Below, piece after piece: positions 51,182-63,317 of a DNA stretch of 64,000 nucleotides. The DNA is from Torpedo marmorata (taxonomy: Eukaryota). The notes under the pieces were generated by a model. It had not been told where the DNA came from and did not search any database. It saw only the letters and a list, made by a program, of their open reading frames with translations. A program made the position numbers and the translations under genes. How positions within the stretch are numbered: the first letter of the stretch is position 1; each line of letters begins with the position of its first letter. Location of the stretch: the NCBI GenBank assembly GCA_977017645.1, contig OZ360222.1, forward strand, positions 228,532,001 through 228,596,000, in the 5' to 3' direction.

Positions 51182-52987
51182 AAGAACCTAAAGTCTTTAA
51201 AGTGACTAATAAACATGACACATAGAAGCAGATAACATCCAGTAATTACTGGATAAAATTTAAGAGGCACCTGACTGGTACTTGAATTAGCAGGGCACAG
51301 AGGGATACATAATTAATGCTGGCAAGTCGGATTGGTGTAGATACTAGCCAGCATGGATGCAGTGGGTCAAAATGCCTATTTCTACAATGCATGTATGGCT
51401 ATAATTGTGGGGTCAAGAGGTTAGAAAGAAAATTACCTGACAGCAAGGGAATCAGCTTTATATATTATTGAGCATACAGAGCCTCTTCCAAGGTAACTAG
51501 CTCAGGCAAACTTTTAACGTTCAAGAATAACTTGGATAGAGATGAAGGTGACGATGTGAATCGAACAAGGGGACTACCCACTCGGCTCATTTCATTGCAG
51601 ATGCTCTGATTGATCTGCTTTCACGCTGCAACATCAAGTACTGCACCAGGTAATTTTTTTAAGCCAGTTTGGCTAACACATTTGCAAAACCATGGAAAAA
51701 GTAGGCCATTCAATCACTTTTGAATTTTGCCACTGAATTAGATTGTGCCTCACTAACTCAGCTCCAATTACCTGCCAAGTTGTAGTTATAACCTTGACAC
51801 CCTCACCAAAGCTTAATATTCACAACGCCCTTCTCACTAAACCCAGCAAGTTCACAAAATATTTAGGAATTTGGGCTGAGTAAAAAATGCATCAGGTTTC
51901 AACGGGATACATTCTGGGATACTGAGGATGATTAGACATGAAACAGAAAACACAGATGAAACAAGCAATATACCTCGCTTACACTCCAATTCAACACAAA
52001 ATAGACTTTTGACTTCAATACATCAACAGTCAGATTCACAAAAAGTTTCACAAGCTTATATTTTAGCTTGAATAAACTCTTGCTCATTGGAAACACATTT
52101 TTAACAGAAATGTAAAAATCAAGACAGGGAGTGAGAATTTTCCTCCATAACTTTTCCCTTCCAGGAAAATAGGGTTTTGCAAATATGGGCAAAATACTAT
52201 GAACTTCATCCTTGCGTATCAGAACTCAAAAAATATTGCACTGTGTTTTTGTGCGCAAAAGCAACGTATAGCCTTAATTTCACTGTTTACAATATTTTCT
52301 TTGGCGAAGATGGCACAGATTCACAATTCCAGAAACTTGCAGTGCTGCATGTACATTGTCAAAAATGGTGAAACCATCGATTCTGTCTTGTGCAGAAAGT
52401 AGTTAAAAAAGCAGGTAATGCTGAAGTATTGTTCCATCCTTCAGCAACTTGGTCAGTGGTAACTGTTATCAAGAAATTAATCTGCTGAACACAATATGTA
52501 CCCAATGCCTATCTTGTCAAGCTGCCTCAATCATTTTTCTTGTTCCAGTTCATCACTCATTTGTCGAAAAAACAATTAGATACAATCTGCTCAAACACTG
52601 CTCATAAAACAATCACCTTTATCGCAGAAATCAATCTGGTTAACCCTTTGTGAATTGCCTCAAATAAAACTGTACCCTCCCTCAAATAAAGAGAAAAAAA
52701 TCCGTTTGTAGTACTCCACGTATTACAAACGTGTAGTACTCCACGTCTAGTGACACCAACAATACCAATAAGAGAATAAAAGAACAATTTTTTTTCTGAC
52801 GTGACGTATTGAGGGAGCCAATTCCTTTTCAAAGAGACAAATGTTTTCATATCTTGGGGAAGGAAGCAATTTTAATTAACGAAGAAAATTTAAAAATATT
52901 AATATTCATTCTTGACTCCGTGAGGAAGAAAGATGGTCATTTCTGTGCATTTACAGAATTGAAACTTTCATGCAAAAGGTGACATAC

Positions 52988-53922
52988 CATTACTATTGGG
53001 CCATGGGTGTAAACTTCTGCTTCTTATTAGTGTTTCATCTAATCTTCCACCAGAAGGATTATCCACATACTGCCGACCCTGCTCCAGGGCATTGAAACAC
53101 TCTGTGCAAGAATCGCTGTTATCGGCTCTCAACTTGTCATTGTTCCAGTTTGTTGATTGAAGTGCTGATTTGTCTGAGGAAATGTAATCCAAAGAACTTA
53201 GAGAAGTGAAAGGTCCTGTACACTGGTCCTGTATGAGAAAAATTAAGTTTGATGCTGGGTCCTGTGGTCTCTTCGATGCATCAAACCCTTGAGGTTCTAT
53301 AGAATTCCTGCACAGTATCAGTCGCCTTTCTGCAGCTTGACCGATTTCAGAAGTCCTCCCAAAAATATCAAACTCGTCCTCAAGAAAGAGACCGGCATTA
53401 TATCCAAGCCTGCGATTTACAACGGCACTAAATCCACAGGTGCATGAATTCTGGACTTCGTTGGTTGGATCTGGGATGTACAAATCAACATCTGCCCCTT
53501 TGGTATCACAAACGCAGATACAGCAGCTATCAAAGTTGCGATCCTTGAAGAAATTCATCACTGAATCTGATAAGATTAGTGTAACATACAAGCTATGTGC
53601 TTGTGGAATTGACTGTATGGTCGCTGGCTCTACTGAGTTCAATGGTCGTGTTGTCGAGGGTGTCGACGCAGGAGAACAGAGATCAGCACTGTCGTATTTT
53701 ACCGACCCCTGCCCACTGGCAGTCCCAGCACCACGAGGAGTCCTTGGTGTTCTTGGTGTGCGAGGCGTTGGGACAGAAAAGCGAGGGGTTGCTGGAGACG
53801 GCAAGATACCTGCACCGCTGTTACTCGCAGGTGCAGTGCTGTTTACTGCCAAAGGTGTGCTCATCTGAGGCGTGTTCATCTGTATATAATCTTCTGTCAG
53901 ACTCCCAACACTAGGCACATTG
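52988..53922 (-). CDS. med13l: MED13L exon 17 (large exon)
   Basis: gcag|(V)[78 protein letters not shown]|gtatg; 935 nt. Confidence 0.96.
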
Positions 53923-54578
53923 CTGCAAGATAAACAACTTGTCTTAGAAAAATCTGTGCTCTCAGATAGTTATGGAAAAGTTAACTACGGTACTTTCATG
54001 CATTGGAAGAGAATGCTAAATTGGGCAACAGCCCACTGTCAGTACATAAAAGTAGCCTTTGCTGACGGTAAAGATTATAACCCTATCCCCAACACATTAA
54101 GGTATTGGCAAAATCCAGCCTTTACTTATTTTTTCAAAACACCATTCCAGTACAATAAGCAATAATGTTGCAAAATCATTTTCAATTATTTTGCTTTCTC
54201 AAGTGTATAAAGTCAAACATACTTATTTTGAAAAGAAACATGCAGAGTAATAACTATAACACAGACAATCTAATGTTGCCACATCTAATTTGTTAAGAGC
54301 GGTTAAAAAAAAATAGCTAGGCAAACATTAGAATATAATGTTATCAACTGAGAAAAAACTATTTTGTACAATTTAAAATACAAAACTCTATACTATTATT
54401 TACATAATGTGCAAGACTATTATTTTGAACTTGAGCTTCTAAAGTTAAAGATATTGTTATCTTAAAATGTAACAAGCACCTTCCGTAGCATTTACGAATG
54501 AATGCACAAAGTCTTAATGTTTTTAAATGCATGATTCCAACAGGTGCAATTGAAGCAAAGTGCATCCTCAGGACTTAC

Positions 54579-54784
54579 ACATATCCATCCCGAATTAATG
54601 AAGCAGATGATGGTACAGGCAATTGTTCGATTTTAGGAGGAATAGCCCACGATGGTCTGTATAAGCAGGCATCGGGTACTTTCAGAGGGGCAAGGCATTG
54701 ACTGGGTACTGCCTTCAGTGGCGCAAACATTGAAGATCCGACAAAAGCTTTTGCCTTTGGTGGTTTGTACACAAAAGAGAAATC
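54579..54784 (-). CDS. med13l: MED13L exon 16
   Basis: ccag|[61 protein letters not shown](V)|gtaagt; 206 nt. Confidence 0.94.
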
Positions 54785-54975
54785 CTGGAACAGAGCATCA
54801 AATAAGTGTATATACTTTTGTGAATCATCTCTTGAAACCAAAGTAACAAATTAACTTGCAATTCAAATATTTTGATATACTAATTAAAGAAAAATGAAAT
54901 GTCCTTTAAAAGATCAAGAAAGAATAAATCCAATGAAAATTAAAGGAAAGCAAAGCATCTTTTGTTTCTACTAAC

Positions 54976-55196
54976 TGTTATTTCTTCAGGCTTAGGACTG
55001 CCCAGTCCATCTTCTACCTCCATCTTGAATTCTGTGAACTGGGCTGCAGTCACACTGCTCATTGGATTTTCCACACTATTGATCCCTGCAACCATCTCAG
55101 AATTAACACCATCTTTGTAATTCATCACTGGAGAGAATGCTGGATGTTGTTCCAGAGATGGAGGGGTTGGAAACATTCTTTGCAGGTCAGCAACAG
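54976..55196 (-). CDS. med13l: MED13L exon 15
   Basis: ttcag|(T)[48 protein letters not shown]|gttagt; 221 nt. Confidence 0.95.
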
Positions 55197-55497
55197 CTGA
55201 AAAAAAGTTATAACCTTTATATAAACGCAAAACTTATATCCATTGTTTCTCGTCATCTCCAACTTCCACAAAGTTCAGTAAATACTTGGCCAATAATACT
55301 GTCCTACATTCCTCAAAAATTATTACCTCCACCTTAGTAATGTTAAAAGGATCAGTAGTTCATATTGAAAATCTCACAAAAAAAATTACATTTTTGTAAT
55401 TGTGTGTGGCTAATTTACCCCAACCTTCTATTCAGTAAATCTGCAATGTTTAAGGATCATAACATGAAAAATGTTGACAGACTCCTTAAATGCATAC

Positions 55498-55588
55498 TTG
55501 GAGGATAAGGCCCTGCAGCCTTCACGTCTTTGCCAACAGCCCGATCTTCTGACCCTGCATTTGCTGGTTTGGACCGTGTTGGAGAAGT
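55498..55588 (-). CDS. med13l: MED13L exon 14
   Basis: gcag|TSPTRSKPANAGSEDRAVGKDVKAAGPYPP|gtatg; 91 nt; phases fit both neighbours. Confidence 0.87.
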
Positions 55589-56956
55589 CTGCAATTGACA
55601 GAGATAATAAATAAATTTTAAATTATGTCTGTAATTTTTAAGTTATGATAATAACTCAGCTGAATGTTGACTTTCATAGAGGACATGGGGTAAGAAAACC
55701 ATTCAAATGCAGAATTGTGCAAGTTGTGCAAATTCAGAAATCTTCCATTCGGAATCCCCCCGTGCACTCAAAACAAATATATAATAATCTGCGCTATATA
55801 TTTCAACAATGACTAATTTTAGTTTGAAGCAGCAAGACAGTTACTAAAATCCAAACTGCTTACAATTTTCATTTTGGTTTTTCACTCAAAATGAAATGTC
55901 TGGTGCTGAATTACAATCCTTCATGGAGAAAAAATGAAGAAACAAGGTGACCACAAAATAGAAAACTACAGTGATGCTCTGCAAAACTGGTAACATAAAT
56001 TAACACTGGCATGCAAGACATATGTGAAGTAGAAGAATTTTGGCATGAAGTTGCAAAGGGTTGAAGTGGGGCTTCCATTTTTATTCTCAGTATCTAGCCA
56101 TCCTTGCTGCTTTGTATTATGAGACCTTCTGCATTAGCAAATCATCCAGCTACTGCATCAACATTTCAAAGCAGTACTTGCAGTCTAAAATAAACAAGGA
56201 AAATCCTTGAATTGTTCAGCAAGATAGACCTGCTGAATACTTAATTTTCTATTTTCATTCACAGAATCCTGCAGGTTATAGATGGGGATTTTTTAAATGG
56301 ATGATAATGTTTTTATTAAAAACAAGAAAACTTCAAAAGCAGAAAAAGTTTGAAGGAAAAAGATTGTGTACCTTTTGGGGTAAAAGTTACCAACAACACT
56401 TAAAAATTCAAAGCCCAAATACATAAAAATTGCAAAAAATTTCAGAAAATGCAACATTTCGAAGAAACTCTTTACTCTCAGACCATGCAAAACTAAATAA
56501 TGCTGCTGGAAACAAGTGAATAAATTTAGACATGCATTTAATATACTGATAAAAATAATCTAATGCTTTGTTTACAGTTTTATGAAGACAAATGAACTGT
56601 ATTATGGGCAATATATTATTCTTAAAATATTTTTTTAATTTAAAGGGACAAAAACAATTTCATACACAACAATAACAGAACTAAACTAATTATAACACAA
56701 GTAAACAATACTCTATTTGAAAATTGCAGTACAAAACCTTGGAACCACTATTTTTGTGGGTGGTCGTAGATGGTTTCTATCACTTTTGTGGATTAATTTA
56801 TACTTCCAAGTAACAATTTTTTGGTCATGCATCTGCACGCTTTCAAGGCAATAATCCTCTTAAGGCCAATATCACATATCATTTGTAACTTAAAATAAAT
56901 AGTCACAAGCATCTGATTACCAAGATGATATTGCTCCCTTGTACAAATCAACTTAC

Positions 56957-57078
56957 TCCATTCTCCTCATCATCAGAGTTGTCAAAAAGATTGTCCAGGT
57001 CATTCAAAGATACCACAAGGTCAGTTTCCCTCGTGAGGCTTGCAGGTACTGTCCGCCCAGTTGGAGACTGCCGTGTTT
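56957..57078 (-). CDS. med13l: MED13L exon 13
   Basis: ttcag|(E)TRQSPTGRTVPASLTRETDLVVSLNDLDNLFDNSDDEENG|gtaagt; 122 nt. Confidence 0.92.
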
Positions 57079-57199
57079 CTGAAGAATAAATAATCCACAT
57101 CTAAAATGTTTTTCCCTTGCTTCATAAAATAAATCATTTAGTCAAGTTTTAAGACTACATATTGTACTTTACAAGAGTAACATCAACAGTGGTGGATAC

Positions 57200-57302
57200 C
57201 TGATTTTGGAGCAGTGCTAAAAATAGACATGGCATTTTTTCCATCTGGCAACTGTGCGGCATGAGTGGATGGAGCTTCCCTAGTACCAAATCCATCTTCT
57301 AG
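57200..57302 (-). CDS. med13l: MED13L exon 12
   Basis: ttcag|LEDGFGTREAPSTHAAQLPDGKNAMSIFSTAPKS|gtatc; 103 nt. Confidence 0.92.
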
Positions 57303-57631
57303 CTGAAAACAAAAATACATTGAATCCTGAAACATCTTAGATTTGCCCACAAAACAAGCAAATTATGCAGTGGCACAAATTGTTCAATGCAAATGTTACC
57401 TAACTGTCAAATATACAAAATATTTACTTCCAACTAAAGCTTCTGAGGTGGTTGTTTTTCTTTACAATTATGTTACTCATTCAGGAACAAATCCGATTGC
57501 CTGAATTACTCTATCCCATCTATCTGTATTTAAATTCTGAAATCATACCTCTTTCTTCCTCCCAAAATGCATAATAGAGCTAAGTGCATTAAACTTTCAA
57601 TAATAGAAGCTATGATGAACATTTTATTTTT

Positions 57632-58937
57632 TAAAATATTTTATTTAAAATTTTAAATCACAAAATACATAAGGTAAAATATGAAATTATCAAAATACTT
57701 GTGATACATTTTCACCCCCCTCCCTCCCTCCCACCCCTACTAAAATAAAAATAAAAAGAAAGAAAAAAAAATAGAATAAGAATGTCAATCTAAAAAACAC
57801 ATCTATAAACTAATTTTATTGTGGAGGATAGGTTCGCCAGTCAGATCCGATGTCTAGAGATCATCAAATCCTTAAACCAACAGCCTTCATATATGGGCTA
57901 CATATTTTTAAAAAAATGATATTTATTACATAAATTATAAGTAATTTTTTCAAGTGGTATACATGAACGAAGTTCTGCATGCCATCTATCTAACCCTAAA
58001 TCTACATCAGATTTCCATGTAATAGCAATACATTTCTTAGAAACATCTAAAGCAATTTGCAAAAATTCTATTTGATACATATTTAATTTCATCTTAATAC
58101 TAATTCTTTTAATATCTCCAAACAAAAATATCATAGGGTCCATTGGAAGTGTAATACTCAATACTTTATCTAAAAATTTTTTAACTTTCAACCAAAAATC
58201 ATAAATCTTTGGACAAAACCATGTAGAATGTACAAAAGAACCTTCCTCTTTGTTACACCTAAAACATAAACCTGATAATGTCGAATTAAATTTCTTTAAT
58301 TTTTTTAGGCGTTAAATATAATTGATGAAAAAAATTATATTGAAATAATCTATATCTAACATTAATAATCTTCGTCATACTTAGTTTACATAATTCTTTC
58401 CAATGTTCTTCATCTATTTTTTAAAAAAAATATTTTATTTAAATTTTTAAATCACACAATACATAATTCAAAATATATAGTTTCCAAAATACAAGTGATA
58501 TAAATTACCTCCCCCCAAACCCTCCCACCCTTCCCTAACCCCCCCAGCCCCACTAATCTAAAAAATAGTTTAAAAAAAAGAAAAAGAAAAAGAAAAGTAG
58601 ATTAATAGTGAGGAGAGAACCATCTAAAAAACTTATTGTATCCTGGAGGTTAAACTCGCCAATAGACCTGATTTCTAGAGATTTCAAATCCTTAAACCCA
58701 TAACTCTCATATATGGGCTCCAAATTTTTAAAAAGGAATGATATTTATTACGTAAATTGTAAGTAATTTTCTCCAAAGGAATACACGAACGAAGTTCTGC
58801 ATGCCACCTATCTAAATTTAAATCTAAATCTGATTTCCAAGTAATAGCAATACATTTTTTTGAAACAGCTAAAGCAAAAATTCTACCTGATATATATTCA
58901 ATCTATTCCTAATACTAAATTTTCTAATATCTCCAAA
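57632..58937 (-). mobile_element. Two tandem L1 3' fragments (about 57632-58417 and 58418-58937) within one TSD
   Basis: Both fragments match the ORF2 end and 3' UTR of the L1 at 48.8-51.2 kb (KCIAITWKSD..RWHAELRSCIPLEKITYNL). The 15-bp repeat GAACATTTTATTTTT sits at 57617-57631 and 58938-58952. Confidence 0.9.
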
Positions 58938-59460
58938 GAACATTTTATTTTTGTGCGCTCAATCAAAAAATCTGTTTCACTTTGCACATTGCCTGCAAAT
59001 TTTATATAGATGGAAGAGATTCAAAATAGAATTACCAAATTATCCCAAATACAGCCATGATTTTTAAGTGGTCAGAAATTTTATTTCTACTCATCCAATA
59101 TCTCTGAAGTCCATCATTTGGTTGAATAAGCTACAGGTAACACCAGTGTCAAAAAACAATAAATGCAAATTTTCATTGGACATTCCCCTTTGTTAGTTTC
59201 TAGATTCTGCTGCATTTACATTCAAAACATTTGCTAGTCCTCAGCCGATTTGGTTTAATGCTTCAGATGCATAATTATCTTTCATATTTGTAACTTATCC
59301 CTTTTCCTGCTGCAAGATATCTCTCAGGACTCTTGCAAATATAGCACAATATGATTTGTGTGTTGGTTGTCTTCTGTCTTCCTTTATCAAACAAGTTTAC
59401 TAAAACAATTTTTCTGTGGAATAGTCACTTGGAACCTTATGAAATGCACTTGAAAAATAA

Positions 59461-60231
59461 GTTCCGGAGCTGCTGTAATGGCAGCGCTGATGCGGACCTG
59501 CAAAGAGCGAAGTCTCAGCGCTCCCCTGCAGCTTCAACCACCCAGTCTGACTGCCGTTGGCTCTGTACCGGCTTTAAACGGCCTGTTAAAGGAGCCGATG
59601 GTGGTTTATTTTAAAATCCCGCTACCGCGGGGTCTGGCCGAAGATGGCGGCATCTATGATCAGCAGCAACCACGAGGGGTTGCAGACTCCAGAGAAGTGG
59701 AGGACTGGTGCAGGGCACCAGAAAATGGAGCGACCACCCCCCCCCACCACCCCCCAGTTTGAGAAGGAGAAGCAGAGGAGATGACGCACAGAACGGTGAC
59801 CTCGGAGGCGGACCAGCAAGGGGCTCTGAGGCTGAATAACACACAGGCAGCAGGCTGTTGGTGACTCGAGGTGAGGAATTCACGCAGGCTGCGGGCTGCT
59901 GTTGACTGCCCCAAGACTGCCTGAAGGGACACCAGGTATCAGAACCTGGATGCGAGAGGATGCTGGAGGCTGCCTGATTGTGTGAGAGGTGTGCATCTGG
60001 AGCTCGGGTTGCTGATGGAAGGCTGTGTGGCTGCAGGAGCACTGGAGACGTAGCCATGGACATTCAGTGACCCTGGGGGAACTCTCTTTTCCTTCTCTTT
60101 CTCTGGTTGGAAGGGGTGCTGGGCAATTTTTGCTGATAGCAAATCTTTGTCTGCCTTACAGTAGACTAAAGGAAATTTCATGTAATAAAACAGAAAATAT
60201 GATATTACATGACAATAAAATAACCTTGAAT
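59461..60231 (+). mobile_element. GC-rich non-autonomous retroposon (about 770 bp) with a LINE-type tail
   Basis: 12-bp TSD CTTGAAAAATAA at 59449-59460 and 60232-60243. Tail TGTCTGCCTTACAGTAGAC..AATTTCATGTA..TTACATGACAATAAA is shared with the 5S SINE. No recognisable protein. Confidence 0.75.
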
Positions 60232-60329
60232 CTTGAAAAATAAAGTACCGTATATTTCGGAGTATAAGTCGACTCGCGGATAAGTCAACCCCCCTTTTTC
60301 AGCCTCATTTTAATGGTTTTATTGTATAT

Positions 60330-60545
60330 CCAGCGTATAAGTCGACCCCCAAAAATTGCGATGCCTGAGATGCTGATCGTCGACCGGCGTATAAGTCGAC
60401 CCCCAAAAATCGCGATGATTGAGCTGCTGGGCGTTGACCGGCGTATAGGTCGACCCATAACGATCGCGCTGATTGAGCTGCTGGGCGTTAACTGGCGTAT
60501 AGGTCGACCCATAACGATCGCGCTGATTGAGCTGCTGGGCGTTGG
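60330..60545 (+). repeat. Left subterminal tandem array, 4 x 54 bp
   Basis: GCGTATA(A/G)GTCGACCC recurs at 60333, 60387, 60441 and 60495. Confidence 0.9.
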
Positions 60546-61926
60546 CTGGAGGTGATTGTTATCATGGAGGCTCAATTGAAACGACAAAAGTATGAGGCGA
60601 ATTTTAAATTAAAAGTGATAGAAATGGTCAAGAAAACCAACAACTGTGCTGCTGCAAGAAAATTTGATATATATGAGAAGTTGGTAAGAGATTGGAGGAA
60701 GAAAGAAGATACTTTAACAAAAATACCAAAAAGGCAATGTTCGATAAGAAGAGGAATCACTCGTTGGCCAGAGTTGGAAAATCATGTCGCAGCATGGGTA
60801 CATGAACAGAGGCAAGATTGCTACATAGTCACCCGAAATAAAATAAGAACATTTGCACTGAAGTGGGCAAAGTCGCACCCAGAACTCAGTAATGATTTTG
60901 AAGCTACAGTAGGCTGGTGCAACTGTTTCATGAACAGGAAAAATCTGGTATTACGACATAAAACAAAAGATCTTGATCATAAAGTTGTAAGTTTTCATCA
61001 GTTTATTTTTACGTAACCGGCAGAAACACAAGTTTGCATTGGCAAATATTGGAAACATGGATGAAACCCCCATGAATTTTGACATGATAGGCAATAGAAC
61101 AGTGGAATAGAAAGGTGTGAAAACTGTGCAAACCAGGAGTACAGGCCATGAAAGGCCAGGTTTACCGTGGTGTTATCGTGCATGGCCGACGGGACAAAGT
61201 TAAGACCCATGGTAATCTTCAAACGTAAATTTAAACCTAAAATAAAATTCCCTGCGGGTATTTTTGTACATTTTCATGAAAAAGAATGGATGGATGAAAA
61301 TGGTGCAAAACTATGGATGGACAATGTGTGGAACAGGCGGCCAGGCGGTTTACGCAAGGAACGGAGTTTGCTGGTCTGGGATATGTTTCGTAGCCACTTA
61401 ACTGAGAACACTAAAAGTAGATTAGCACAACATAATACTTACATGGCGGTTATCCCGGGTGGTTTGACGTCTATATTGCAACCTCTCGATGTCTGCTTGA
61501 ACAAGCCATTCAAAGAACATGTGCGTGAAGAGTGGAAAACATGGATGTCGAGTGCAGAAAAATAATTTACAAAAGGCGGGGCAATGCGTGCTGCATCGCT
61601 TGATGTGCTGTGTGACTTCGTGCTCAAGGCATGGGACAAAGTGAAAGTAGAGACTGTAATAAAATCGTTTAAAAATTGCGGTATCTCTTGTGCAATTGAT
61701 TGTACGGAAGATGATTTATTGTGGGACACTGACGACGAAGCTGAAGCCGCCTCATCAGATACAGACTGGGACCCGTACGATGACTGTTTAAACAGTGAGA
61801 CCCCGGATGTGCCTGCCGAGATCTTTTCAGACGATGATAGCGAAAGTGATTTTGAAGGGTTCCAAATGTCTTGTTGTTTTCAATAAAAATGTCAATGAAA
61901 ATTTGTTGCAGTCGGGTTTTTTTTGG

Positions 61927-62118
61927 TTTTTCAAGGGTCGACTTATACGCCAAATCGGTTTTTCAAGAGTCGACTTATACGCCGAATCGTGTTTTCAAGG
62001 GTCGACTTATACGCCGAATCGTGTTTTCAAGGGTCGACTTATACGCCGAATCGGGTTTTCAAGGGTCGACTTATACGCCGAATCGGGTTTTCAAGGGTCG
62101 ACTTATACGCCGAATCGG
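61927..62118 (-). repeat. Right subterminal tandem array, 6 x 32 bp
   Basis: TTTTCAAGGGTCGACTTATACGCCGAATCG unit, with TCAAG at 61931, 61963, 61995, 62027, 62059 and 62091. Confidence 0.93.
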
Positions 62119-63079
62119 CGTGGAGTGGTTTTTGAGCTGATTTTAAGGTCTCAAAAGTATATCCGGCGTATAAGTCTACCCCTGTTTTTTGAGAGATTTT
62201 TGAGGGTTTCAAGACTCGACTTATACGCCGAAATATACGGTAATTAAATTCATTTATTTGCCAATAAATTGAATTCTTATTTAAATACTTCAAGTAACCT
62301 GTAGAAGCACATCATATTGTTCTTGTCCGTGTTTATAAACACCAACCAGAATTTTTTTGATCTTGCATAAACACAAAAGCAAGTACTTTATTTACTAGAT
62401 CTGCTTCCTGCATATTTTTTATATACTTTGGAATGCACGTTTACATGCTCAATATTGATCAAAATATTAAAAAGCCTTAATAAGGAAACCCAAAATAAAG
62501 TGAAGACCAGAATACTTTTTGCTCTGTTATCCATTAATATTTGCATTTGGATCCAAATACATGCATTTTTGCCAAAATCATCTCCATTGTGACCCATTCA
62601 AATTGCTCAAAAGCCTTTTAAGTTAACCAATATTTGACCAAAGTAAAAGATGCATTTAATTCGGGAGAATCAATAATAGAAATGCACAAAGTTCACTCTT
62701 CAAACAAATTGATTTTGTGTAATATTTCCAACTTTTCACCTCTGCATAATTAACAAGTACAAGAGAGAAAGAAATATGCACAAGTCACAAACAAGAAAAA
62801 AGCTCATCCTTGACAGGTGAAACTTGAAAGGTCACAATATAATGTGCTGTTCTGAAGAATATAGTCACAAAACCATTGCTATTTTGGCACATATCTGAAA
62901 TGAATTTTGTAAACCATTGTATCAACTTTGAAGCAAAAACTGGAAGAATTAAAACTCTCATTTCAAAGAACAATGTGAACACAATGAGGCAAAAAGTAGC
63001 AATTTAATTCTCTATGTTGCCTTTCACAATTTGGATACAAATAAAAAACTTCTGCAAAATACTGTATTTGAAATTTTAC

Positions 63080-63317
63080 CTTATTCTGTTGCGATTTCTT
63101 AGTTGTATCTTTCTCAGAGACCAGTTTAAACTTTTTAATGGAAGTGAAGCTGTATTCAATATCACCGTCCACAAAAGTATATGGGTCATTAAGTTCCCCT
63201 GGACCTTCACTATGCTGCTGCATTAGTCTCGTTGGGTCCATGTAATTAATATCCTGAATGTGTACCTGTCTCCTCTCTTCAGAAACTTTGAACCGTTTAT
63301 GAGGTTGTGCTAGAAGT
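63080..63317 (-). CDS. med13l: MED13L exon 11 (most 5' exon in the window)
   Basis: tctag|(R)LLAQPHKRFKVSEE..GELNDPYTFVDGDIEYSFT..KKSQQNK|gtaaaa; 238 nt. Upstream exons lie beyond the right edge. Confidence 0.92.

Larger units (their letters stand above)
60248..62240 (+). mobile_element. Full-length pogo-superfamily DNA transposon (Passer/POGK-like), transposase inactivated
   Basis: Terminal inverted repeats CCGTATATTTCGG(A/C)GTATAAGTCGA with TA on both sides. Brinker-like DNA-binding domain (KYEANFKLKVIE..AARKF), CENP-B-type HTH, NMDETP, and VWDMFRSH..LQPLD with D-35-D spacing. Several stops and frameshifts between 60564 and about 61884. Confidence 0.95.

Noticed and set aside
52707-52746. 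15-bp direct repeat TGTAGTACTCCACGT x2
   Set aside because: A small local duplication with a 10-nt spacer; no element or further structure.
53440-53914. Plus-strand ORFs overlapping exon 17 (also 39472-39723)
   Set aside because: Antisense shadows of MED13L coding sequence with no independent features.
61927-62118. CRISPR-like regular repeats
   Set aside because: Units are contiguous with no unique spacers, lie inside a DNA transposon, and the context is eukaryotic.
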